Source: Dehalococcoidia bacterium (GTDB lineage Bacteria > Chloroflexota > Dehalococcoidia > Lucifugimonadales > UBA1123). From it: a stretch of 64,000 nucleotides of DNA. Under the pieces are notes generated by a model. The model ran no database searches, was not told where the DNA came from, and saw only the letters and a program-made list of their open reading frames with translations. The DNA lies in contig OY762210.1 in the NCBI GenBank assembly GCA_963665255.1, forward strand, positions 715,760 to 779,759, written 5' to 3'. Shown here piece after piece: positions 1 through 8,393 of the stretch (position 1 is the first letter of the stretch; the number at the start of each line of letters is the position of its first letter). The position numbers were made by a program, and so were the translations under genes.

Positions 1-739
1 TGCCGATCTCGGTGTACTCTCCTTCTACGTCCAGCAGAACGACCGCCATGCCGGTTGCCTGCGCCTGCTGGATCATCCTGGATACGGTCGTGGACTTGCC
101 CGCGCCGGTGGTGCCGAGAACTCCCGTGTGACGGGGCAGCACCGACTTGCGCTCCGACGGGACTCCCACTTCGAGCTCGTCGTGACCGGACGCCAGGCCA
201 AGGGCGATGTCGCCGTCGCAGTTGAGCAGCTCCCTGGTCTCTTCAGCGTCGAGAAGAAACACCGGGCTCGACGGCATCGGCCGGAACCTCGGCGGCAATA
301 TGGTGTTCGACGACCTCTGGCCCATCAGCTCGATGTGCGCCCGCCCGTGGTACTGTGGTAGCAGGAGCCTGCCGCTGCGCACCTGCACCGTCACGACAAG
401 AGGAGCGTCGCCGCGCAGCCCGTCGGGTTCGGCGAATGGCCCCTCCTGCACGATGCCCAGGTACGTACGATTGTCCTGCCTGCTTTCGATGCGCACCAGT
501 CCGCGGTTCGGGACACGTCCAACTTGGTCTTTCGGCATAAGGGCCACGACCGTGCCGTCGCGCGCCGTGGGAGTGTCGAACATCGTCCAGCCGATGACTC
601 CCTCGCCGTCCTCCAGGGACACGACGTCTTCCACGCCGAGCAGCTCATCATCGATCACGTCGTCCGGAACGCTCCTGACGCTCGTGGGCGAGTGGCCGTT
701 GGTCTGGTTTTCAATGGGCGTGTCTGCTGTGTGTTCCAT
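1..739 (-). CDS. HerA/DUF87-like ATPase, N-terminal part (gene continues past window start)
   Basis: Absent from the ORF track because it has no stop in the window. The minus frame is open from ATG 739 (GGAG just upstream) to base 1. Translation ends ...RHTGVLGTTGAGKSTTVSRMIQQAQATGMAVVLLDVEGEYTEIG, a Walker A after a ~200-aa N-domain, which is the HerA architecture. Confidence 0.7.
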   Translation of the reverse strand, partial: MEHTADTPIENQTNGHSPTSVRSVPDDVIDDELLGVEDVVSLEDGEGVIGWTMFDTPTARDGTVVALMPKDQVGRVPNRGLVRIESRQDNRTYLGIVQEGPFAEPDGLRGDAPLVVTVQVRSGRLLLPQYHGRAHIELMGQRSSNTILPPRFRPMPSSPVFLLDAEETRELLNCDGDIALGLASGHDELEVGVPSERKSVLPRHTGVLGTTGAGKSTTVSRMIQQAQATGMAVVLLDVEGEYTEIG

Positions 740-849
740 GTTGTACTCCTTCAAGGCTGAGCCTTGACCCATAAAGGGTTTGTTGAAGGGGCTGTGACAG
801 CTATTGTCATTCCTCAAGCCCGTGTTGGTTGAAAACGGGAAGAGCGCGC

Positions 850-2067
850 CTACATCTGGGCGGCCGTCCAGGGTTCTCCGGCGTCGGTGTAGGCGATTCT
901 GAGCTGCGGCGCGAAGCTGTCCATGCCGAAGGTGGTCCGGCAGACCGTCTCAGCGAGGTCGAGCAGCACCGGGTAGCTTCTCTGCTGTTGGAGAACGCTG
1001 TCGGCTAGGGCGATCATCGCTGCGACGTGTACGTGGTCACGGTGAGCGTAGAAGACCTGGGGCGGGGCCAGCGCGGACGCCCGGAACACGCCTCGCGCGA
1101 CCGTATCCCCCACGTCCTCTCTGAACCTTGTCGCCACTGCTCTCTGGCTGTAGTTGTAGTGTCCCGTGCGCTCGACCGCCTCCATCTGATCGCTGATGGT
1201 GTCGATGACGGCGTACTCCAGCGGGGCCAGCCCCCGCCCTATCGTCAGCATGTCCCTGTCCCGGTAGCGCCTAGGAACGAACACGAACCGTTTGTGTTCG
1301 AGCAGCATTTCCCTGAGAATCGCGACTCCGGCGCGCATGAGCGGGTACGTCATCCCAGACGGACCCGGGCTGAGCAGCCCCGCGCCGGTCAACAGCTCGA
1401 AAGGCGCTGGTTCCCCCTGGCACATCTTCCACATCGCGTTCGAGTGTCGGGTCAGGAACATCCGCTGGGCGTACGCCTGTATTCCCTGTCGAGCGAGCCT
1501 GCTGACGCGGTCGCGCGACTGCGCATCTCCTCCGGTGGCCCTTCGCCGGTCGAGTACGTCGAGCATTTCAGACAGCGCGTCGCTGCCATCCGAGCGTAAG
1601 TCTCGACGAAACATCCGCTGCGACCAGGTCTGCTGGTCGCCGTCGTAGCTGACCATGCACACTCCGATCTGGATGAACGTCATCGCGAGCGTGTCATGAG
1701 TCATGGCGATGCCGTCACACGCCTCCACCTGGCCGTTCAGCAGCAGACCGCTGTGGATTCTGCCGATCTGCTCAGGGGTGGCCCGATAGACGCCCGAATT
1801 CGGTCCGGCGAGTCCGGCGGCCTCGATCCTGGGCAGCAGCCTCTCGCGCAGCGTGTTCCTTATCCTGCGCTCCTGATCGACGGAGGCCCGGACTTCCTGT
1901 TCGAGCCGCGCATAGGTGTTGGAAAGGTCCGCGCCTGCCGTCCAGAACTCGGGGTCAAGGATCCTGTCCAGGCTGTCCCCGAACTCACGAAAGAAGCCTG
2001 AATCCTGGTGGCTGTCGCCAAGGCCGTCCACGCCGGCGCGCTCAGTTGGGGAGTTTCGAGTCGTCAT
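850..2067 (-). CDS. NurA-like nuclease candidate (partner of HerA)
   Basis: 405-aa ORF directly upstream of and co-oriented with the HerA-like gene. Weak NurA-like motifs: VEACDGIAM (N-terminal Asp motif) and SYPVLLDLAE near the C-terminus. Assignment rests mainly on the established HerA-NurA pairing. Confidence 0.4.
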   Translation of the reverse strand: MTTRNSPTERAGVDGLGDSHQDSGFFREFGDSLDRILDPEFWTAGADLSNTYARLEQEVRASVDQERRIRNTLRERLLPRIEAAGLAGPNSGVYRATPEQIGRIHSGLLLNGQVEACDGIAMTHDTLAMTFIQIGVCMVSYDGDQQTWSQRMFRRDLRSDGSDALSEMLDVLDRRRATGGDAQSRDRVSRLARQGIQAYAQRMFLTRHSNAMWKMCQGEPAPFELLTGAGLLSPGPSGMTYPLMRAGVAILREMLLEHKRFVFVPRRYRDRDMLTIGRGLAPLEYAVIDTISDQMEAVERTGHYNYSQRAVATRFREDVGDTVARGVFRASALAPPQVFYAHRDHVHVAAMIALADSVLQQQRSYPVLLDLAETVCRTTFGMDSFAPQLRIAYTDAGEPWTAAQM

Positions 2068-2104
2068 CTGTCAGTGCATTCCCACCTCACGCCGATAGCG
2101 AGAC

Positions 2105-2857
2105 TCAGGACTCGCGGACCAGTCCAAACCGCTCGGCTGTGGATGGGCCTCCGGTCAGTCCCCAGGCGATCCGGCCGGCATACGGCGCCGCGACCGCGCC
2201 GGGCAGTCCGAACCGCTCCTCCGCGATACGGCGTGTCGCCTCGGCCATGCCACCAAAGGGCAGATTCCCGTAATCCAAAGCGTCCCTGACCATCTCGGCA
2301 CGTGGAGCCAGAATCTCTATCGCGAGGTGGTCGGCGGAGCACTCCGCCTCCAGCGTATTCCCGCATCCGTAGCCGCCGCTGGGGTCCCGGTCCATGAAGT
2401 GCGTGATTGCTGCTGATCGAACGTTGTTGAGCCAGGCGTCGATGCGCTCAGATGGAGCGGCCGTGCGCGCGCCGTAGAGAATATCGACGTAGTCCTGGCC
2501 CATCTGCTGTGCCGCCCGACGGTGGTGTCGATGTACTTCCAGGATGTAATGAGAGACCTCGTGCGCCACGGTGAACCGTTTCTGGGGCTCGTCATCACGC
2601 ATCTCCACGAGTATCATGGCACCGCGTGGCCCGACCGCTATGCAGCCGTGCAGCTCACGCTCATCGACGCCGTCGGCGCACGGGAACCCGATGTTCTCCA
2701 GGTGCCCCATGGCAGTCGATGTCGTGAGCCCATTGATGGGGCGAATGCCGATCGCGAGAGCGCACGTCGCCGCATAGCCGATATCTACGGGTGGGGCGGA
2801 GCGTCCGCCGGCTCGTTTCCAGAACCAGCTTGCCCAGTATGCCTCGCCTGCATCCAT
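2105..2857 (-). CDS. ImmA/IrrE-family zinc metallopeptidase
   Basis: 250-aa ORF with canonical HExxH (FTVAHEVSHYILE) in an ImmA/IrrE-like context. Follows a small HTH-like gene, the typical XRE-ImmA arrangement. Confidence 0.7.
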   Translation of the reverse strand: MDAGEAYWASWFWKRAGGRSAPPVDIGYAATCALAIGIRPINGLTTSTAMGHLENIGFPCADGVDERELHGCIAVGPRGAMILVEMRDDEPQKRFTVAHEVSHYILEVHRHHRRAAQQMGQDYVDILYGARTAAPSERIDAWLNNVRSAAITHFMDRDPSGGYGCGNTLEAECSADHLAIEILAPRAEMVRDALDYGNLPFGGMAEATRRIAEERFGLPGAVAAPYAGRIAWGLTGGPSTAERFGLVRES

Positions 2858-2859
2858 AG

Positions 2860-3213
2860 TCAGTCCTGCTCCGGAGCGCCCTCGCCTCTGCTCCGGTCGC
2901 GGTCTCGCGCCGCCAGCAGCATACCCTGGTCGGATGCGACCTGGACCTGTCGCACGAGGTTCGCCAGCCCGTCGGCGCGAACCTGGAATCTGCTGGCGAC
3001 CGCTTCGATATCCTCACGGAAGTGCGGAGGCTCGGAGCGTGGAGCCCGGCATAGCGACATCGTGTTCATCATCTCCGGCAGGCAGCCAAGTTCACCGGCT
3101 ACGTCGGCAATGTCCACGGACATCATCTCCGCATAGCTGGTGAGATACCAACCCAGGTAGAACGGGTCTCTGGAGGCGAGCAGTGACAGTTTCCGGGTGG
3201 TATCACCGGTCAT
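2860..3213 (-). CDS. small XRE-like HTH protein (putative ImmA substrate/partner)
   Basis: 117-aa ORF abutting the peptidase gene. Segment MSVDIADVAGELGCLPEMMNTMSLCRAPR resembles an HTH. Start overlaps the stop of the sigma-like gene. Confidence 0.4.
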   Translation of the reverse strand: MTGDTTRKLSLLASRDPFYLGWYLTSYAEMMSVDIADVAGELGCLPEMMNTMSLCRAPRSEPPHFREDIEAVASRFQVRADGLANLVRQVQVASDQGMLLAARDRDRSRGEGAPEQD

Positions 3214-3842
3214 GGAGCAGGCAACCCCTTTCTCTGAATACGCTTCTTTATGCGGTCCTTGACCCTCTTGACCTCTCTTGCCTGGTGTCGGACGGCCAGA
3301 TCGTCGATGTTCAGAGCGGCTGCGGCTGCCTCGGTGCTCCGCTCCCCTTCGACCATCAGGAAGAACACGTCTCGCTCAGCGGATGTCATGCCCTCTGTTA
3401 GCTCCTCGTACAGACGCTGGCCATCAATGCTGTCCACAACAGTCTCCGCTACATCATTCCCGTCAGACCGGTCGAACTCGACACTTTCAAGAGGGGTTCT
3501 ACCGGTAGCGTGGCGGGACTCCTTCCTGAGCATGTTCTGAAGATCCCGCTTTGCCGTGAGTCTGAGATACGTCATCAGTCCGCTTCGTGCGGGATCGTAC
3601 CTATGCGGACTCTTGAAGTAGTCGGTTAGCGCGTCATGGATCGCCAGAATGTAGATGTCGGGATCGACGCCGGGGCCGGTCGAAGGGAACTGATAGCGCA
3701 GGTAGTGCTCAAGCGCTGGGACGACCATCTCGAAGAAGTCCACGGTCGCCACGGGATCGTCCTCAAGTAACCGCTGATGCAGACTCAGCAGCTCATCATT
3801 CAGGTCTGACTGATGTGGCGATTCCATAACACTGCACGTCAA
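3210..3842 (-). CDS. ECF-type sigma-70 family factor (candidate)
   Basis: 210-aa ORF. Region-2-like ...DALTDYFKSPHRYDPARSGLMTYLRLTAKRDLQNMLRK and region-4-like LTEGMTSAERDVFFLMVEGERSTEAAAAALNI...VKRVKDRIKKRIQR. The true start may be the MESPHQ Met at 3827. Confidence 0.55.
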   Translation of the reverse strand: MTCSVMESPHQSDLNDELLSLHQRLLEDDPVATVDFFEMVVPALEHYLRYQFPSTGPGVDPDIYILAIHDALTDYFKSPHRYDPARSGLMTYLRLTAKRDLQNMLRKESRHATGRTPLESVEFDRSDGNDVAETVVDSIDGQRLYEELTEGMTSAERDVFFLMVEGERSTEAAAAALNIDDLAVRHQAREVKRVKDRIKKRIQRKGLPAP

Positions 3843-4145
3843 GGAGATGTGAGTAAGTCACATGGGGACGACATCATGAGTGTATATGTGGCCAGCACGG
3901 GTGTCCAATCATTAATATCCCCGATGTGCACTATCTTAGGTGATGTTGTCTGACGCCGACAGCATTCCAGCAGCCAACCCATATCTACACATCGAGGGGC
4001 GAGGTATGAGAGGCTTTCTAAAGTACGTGGAGTTCAGCCAGCGTCACGGCGACCCCCGTATTGGATCCTGTCGGGACTTATATGTGTCGTTCCCATGCAA
4101 AGTCCCTGGTGCCAGCGGGCATAATGCCAAAACTCGGAGTTTAAT

Positions 4146-4179
4146 AAGAGCGCCCTGCCACGATCGGCAGGGCGTTCTT
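4146..4179. terminator. bidirectional rho-independent-type hairpin
   Basis: AAGAGCGCCCTGCC-acgatc-GGCAGGGCGTTCTT followed by ATTTT. Lies just downstream of the small minus-strand CDS 4214-4372. Confidence 0.5.
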
Positions 4180-4213
4180 ATTTTCAATTCTCTCTGAGCT
4201 TAGAGATCAGGGA

Positions 4214-4372
4214 TTATTTCTTGGGTGGGTTGTTGCCTCTTTCTCCACCTGATGGATTGCCGGTCGTGCTGGGGAAGTTAGGGTTGCCTCCCTTGTTGCC
4301 GCTCTTGCCGCCACCACTCTTGCCACTACCACCGCCTCTGCCACCTCGTCTTGCTTCAGCCGTTGTTGCCAT
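4214..4372 (-). CDS. 52-aa Gly/Lys/Arg-rich small protein (KGG-repeat/stress-protein-like)
   Basis: Below the ORF-track size cutoff. Strong RBS AAGAGGAG 8 nt before the ATG. Translation MATTAEARRGGRGGGSGKSGGGKSGNKGGNPNFPSTTGNPSGGERGNNPPKK. A terminator hairpin follows. Confidence 0.5.
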   Translation of the reverse strand: MATTAEARRGGRGGGSGKSGGGKSGNKGGNPNFPSTTGNPSGGERGNNPPKK

Positions 4373-4569
4373 ATGATTTTCTCCTCTTGATAATAGGTAT
4401 AAAAGTGCACCGACAAGGGTAGGAGTGCGTACAACGGGCTGTCAATACCCTAGGGCAATCGAATCTAAACGATACGGATGTTGGTGAAGGTTAGCGGTTG
4501 TCGTAGTTGGGTGCGCGAAGTTTGTGAGATTGGCTACAGTGAGGGCATCTTCTCGTGTGGAGAGTGCCC

Positions 4570-4812
4570 ATGAACGACATCGGCGACGGCTCACACATAG
4601 GGGACCTGTCAGACAAGCTTTCGATTCTGTCGGACCATCGTGTGGAGCGCACCAGGCGACACAGTCTGACCAACATCATGGTGATCGCCATCTGCGCCGT
4701 AGTGTGCGGAGCCGACTACTGGGTAGACATCGAGGAGTTCGGCAAGGCGAAGAGAGAGTGGCTGAGCAGGTTTTTGGACCTGTCCAACGCGATACCCTCG
4801 CACGACACATTT
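4570..4812 (+). pseudogene. ISAs1-family transposase, N-terminal fragment only
   Basis: DHRVERTRRHSLTNIMVIAICAVVCGADYWVDIEEFGKAKREWLSRFLDLSNAIPSHDTF matches the conserved N-terminal domain of ISAs1/H-repeat transposases. The DDE domain is absent and the reading frame degenerates after ~4812. Confidence 0.65.
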
Positions 4813-4849
4813 GACACAAGCTCCTCACCCGACTGCGATGTCCACTCAA

Positions 4850-5167
4850 CCATCCGTTCAGTGCGTTCGATCCCGACTCCTGCACGTCACGCCATACACT
4901 CGTCCTCGACAGATCACAGCCCAGTGCCCCCAGCAGATGACTCACCGATCGTAGCGACAGACCCAGGGCCCAACTCAGCGCAGCCAGCCCTCTGAGTCTG
5001 TGGCTCTGGTCATGTCGGTCAACTCCCTGTGGATAGTGCCTGAACGTGCCACAACAGTCGCAGCAGCGGTACCTGTGAGCTGTGACCTCGCTGACGTAGA
5101 GGTCGGAGATCGGCTTAGTCACTGGTCCGTGTCGGTTCAGATATACGCTGCCGCAGTATGGACAGGC
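4850..5167 (-). pseudogene. transposase N-terminal fragment (Zn-ribbon + HTH), family unresolved
   Basis: CPYCGSVYLNRHG...RYRCCDCCGTF zinc ribbon followed by HTH-like LGLSLRSVSHLLGALGCDLSRTSVWRDV. The first CxxC lies upstream of any start codon, just after an in-frame stop. There is no catalytic domain. It abuts the ISAs1 fragment. Confidence 0.5.
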
Positions 5168-5698
5168 TGACGGTCGAGTGTCTGGGTGAAGCTTGACCCC
5201 GTTCTACAACGGGGCAGGCTCTGTGAAAGTGTGAATCTTACTCTGGGCATCGGCAGGGTCTCTTGGCTTGGGTGTGTTGTTGTAACCCAAACCTTACCAA
5301 GACTCCCTGCCCTCTTCATTCCACACCGTATGTGGGACGGTTACAGTCTGGATACCCAACATACTACACACAAACCTGACCCTTGTTGCCTGTGCACGTC
5401 GTGGCGACAGTCGTTTTCCCAGTGCGGACAAACGACTGTTAGCCACAGTCGGTATGCAGCAGAGGTTACCTGCCTGCCGCGGCCGGGTCCTATCCTGCGG
5501 CCCCTTCAGGGAGGTGCGCTTTTTGGTTGCATCCGGCAAAGCAATGCAAGCAGGCGGTACAGGCCGCACCACGTTGACAAGCCTGTCCGAGCGAGGTGCG
5601 TGTTCAGTTTAAGACGTTCAGGGCACAAAGCCGACTAGACGCCCAACTTGCGCTGAAATTGACCGGACCAATTGTTCGGTGCGTATGACAGGAGTCCG

Positions 5699-7978
5699 TC
5701 AGACTGGCATCATGAGACCGTTTCGGAATCCTCGGTCCGGCCCACGGTGAACTGCTGACAGGAGGTTCTCAGCCAGTTGTATCCCTATGACCTTGTCTAT
5801 GTTGGCGTTACTGATGTCCCAGGACTTGGCGGGTTCGATGCAGTTTTGGCACCCCGAGGAACACTGGCAATTTCGCGCTATCTCCAGGCCCTTCTCCAGA
5901 GCGACGTGCCACACGTTGAAGAGCTTCTTGGCGACGCCAATTCCTCCGGGATAGTTTTCGTAGCAGTATGCGGCCAGTTCGCTACCCGTCCTGGAGCATG
6001 TGCTGGTGTCGAACCGGTCCACCGGTATGACGAACATGGCCCCGACCCTGATCATGTGCTCCACCGCGCCGATTCCACCCAGTGCCTCTTCGCTTTCGGG
6101 GACGTCGATCCAGAAGGAATGCAGGTTGTTCAGAAAGAGAGCGTCGCTGTCTCCTCCCGTTCTGACGGTCTCGCCGTTTCGCTCGTCAACCAGCTTGTAC
6201 CCGGTGAAATTCATGACGATGTTGAGAGAGCCGTGGTATGCACTGATGTCCCCATAGCCGATACCGTCGAATATCTCCGACCTTGAAAGGACCGAAAAAA
6301 ATCCGGCCTCAGTTTTCAGGTGCTGCTCGGTGTCCTCCAGGACGACGGCCTGCTCCTCGTGGGACCTGACGTGGTAGCGCTGGCCGAAGAAGGGGAAGAC
6401 GGCCCCGATGTAGGCCTCTCGAAACCGGCGTATGGCCGATATTTGCCCCAGTTCTTCGCCGTTCCTCCTGAGAACGAATGACTGCCCTATGCCGCCGCGC
6501 AGGTTCAGGTGGGGTTGCGGCTTGAAGTTTTTCGGCACAGTTGCGTTCATCCCGGCTGCCGTGTTGTAAAAGGGTGTGCCCAATATTTCCTCGTCGGTGG
6601 GGGAGAAGTTGGCTTCCGTTTCCTCAAAAAGCGATGGAAGGTGTCTTCCGATGAGTTCCTCGTTTGCAGGGTCCACCACCAGTTCGTCGAAGGGTTTATT
6701 CAGGAACGCCTCCAGGTTGCCCACAAAGAACTGATCGATGGGATCGTTCATGGCATAGAACAGCACGAATGCTTCCCTGTCCCAGCTCCGGCCTGCACGT
6801 CCTATCTGCTGCCACGCGGACATTATGCTGGGGGGGAATCCCGCCAGTATCACTCCGTCGAGGCCACCGACATCCAGACCTATCTCAAGGGCATTGGTGG
6901 TGAACACGACCCGTATGTCCCCTGACTTGACACTTTCTTGGATCTGCTGGCGTTGTTCCGAGTTAAGGTCGGCGTGGTATGCGGAGAGTTGCTCCCGATC
7001 CAGTCCGATTTCCATAGCCTTGCGCCTGGAGCTGCTGAAGGCCGCCTCTAGGAACCGTTTGGTCGGGCAGAAGACAAGCACTTGCAGTCCTTCGGCAAGA
7101 GAGGCCAAGGACGCCTGTTCGATGCGCCGGCGAAGGATCTCCCAGTACTGGTAGTCCGGAATTTCGGGTTTGACGAAGATGAAGCTCCGTTCGGGCCGGA
7201 GCACGTTTCGGGCAGATATCACTTCCACGTCCCGACCTGTGAGGGACTGGGCATGTTCCTGGGGGTTCGCGCAGGTGGCGGTGGACAGGAAGATCTGCGG
7301 GCTTGCGCCTATGCGGTTGAGGTGCAGGAAGAAACGTCGCAGGAGGAGGGCCATATTGCTGCCGAAGAAGCCTCTGTATTCGTGCATTTCATCTATGATG
7401 ATAAATCGCAGCGACCTAAGAAACCTCGCACCTTCTTCGGTCTTATTCCACGCATCCCTGCTCCCGAGGAAGGACATGTTCAGGTACTCGGGGTTAGTCA
7501 ACAGGATATGCGAAGGCTGTTGTCGAAGGACTGCGCGGATCTCATCTCCGGTGTCTCCGTCGTAGGGCCAGGACTCGATTCCAAGCGGCCGGCACACCTG
7601 CCTGATCTGCTCCCGCTGGTCGAAGGCCAATGCCTTCATCGGGTAGATCATCATTGCGCGGGAGCCGGTCTCCTGTTTGAGGGCATGGAGCATCGGAGCA
7701 GTGAAGGCAAGAGTCTTGCCGCTGGCCGTGGGGGACTCCATGACGACGTCGTAGCCCCGAAGAGCCTTCGAGATGGCCTCAGCCTGGTGCAGATATGGCC
7801 GGGCTATACCTGTTCCAATGAGGGAGTCGCGGACTTGAGGATGCAGGTCCGCAGGCCACTGGTCTGCAAATTGCGGCTCGATTCTTTGCGCGCTGCCTTG
7901 AACTATGGTGTCTGCTTCCCTCAGTGCGTCAAAATCCCCGAGTTTTGCGATCAACCTGTCGATGTCAAGCGATACCAC
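5699..7978 (-). CDS. MrfA/YprA-like DExH-box helicase with C-terminal 4-Cys (DUF1998-like) domain
   Basis: Motif I SPTASGKTLAF, motif II IIIDEMHEYRG, motif VI QQIGRAGRS, C-terminal ARNCQCSSGCQNCIEP. The start is set at GTG 7978 (AGGAGA RBS). The ORF track's maximal start is 8113. Confidence 0.75.
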   Translation of the reverse strand: MVSLDIDRLIAKLGDFDALREADTIVQGSAQRIEPQFADQWPADLHPQVRDSLIGTGIARPYLHQAEAISKALRGYDVVMESPTASGKTLAFTAPMLHALKQETGSRAMMIYPMKALAFDQREQIRQVCRPLGIESWPYDGDTGDEIRAVLRQQPSHILLTNPEYLNMSFLGSRDAWNKTEEGARFLRSLRFIIIDEMHEYRGFFGSNMALLLRRFFLHLNRIGASPQIFLSTATCANPQEHAQSLTGRDVEVISARNVLRPERSFIFVKPEIPDYQYWEILRRRIEQASLASLAEGLQVLVFCPTKRFLEAAFSSSRRKAMEIGLDREQLSAYHADLNSEQRQQIQESVKSGDIRVVFTTNALEIGLDVGGLDGVILAGFPPSIMSAWQQIGRAGRSWDREAFVLFYAMNDPIDQFFVGNLEAFLNKPFDELVVDPANEELIGRHLPSLFEETEANFSPTDEEILGTPFYNTAAGMNATVPKNFKPQPHLNLRGGIGQSFVLRRNGEELGQISAIRRFREAYIGAVFPFFGQRYHVRSHEEQAVVLEDTEQHLKTEAGFFSVLSRSEIFDGIGYGDISAYHGSLNIVMNFTGYKLVDERNGETVRTGGDSDALFLNNLHSFWIDVPESEEALGGIGAVEHMIRVGAMFVIPVDRFDTSTCSRTGSELAAYCYENYPGGIGVAKKLFNVWHVALEKGLEIARNCQCSSGCQNCIEPAKSWDISNANIDKVIGIQLAENLLSAVHRGPDRGFRNGLMMPV

Positions 7979-8393
7979 TTCCGTCTCCTGTATGCTGCGG
8001 TGCTTCCGATTTCTTCCACGAATTGTAGTCTTTGTTGTGGTCCTTTCAACGCCGAGGTCTGACCACTTCGCCCACCGCGTCACACACTGCACATCCCCCA
8101 GTGGGACACGCACCCACCGACAGGCCCCGGAACCGGCCGCCGTACCCGCCTGATAGCGGTGGTTAGTTGAAAGTCGAGCTTAGAGTCTGCCTCGTGCTCG
8201 ATACGGAGTATGTATTGCCGATGTCGGAAAGTGGGTGTGGAATCGACTCAAAGAGACAGATGGATGGGAGTGGTGCAGGAGAATGACATGGCTTGTGATG
8301 AATGAATTGCTCAGGGAGATGCGGTCAAGGACCGCTCGACTCTGAGCCTGATGTTTCGTGGACAGCCTAAGCCTCTCTCAGGCAGGTTCCAAC

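Noticed and set aside
3940-4197. 85-aa plus-strand ORF in the intergenic region after the sigma operon.
   Set aside because: It has no RBS and unremarkable composition, and it runs through the terminator hairpin. The opposite-strand 52-aa ORF has much better signals.
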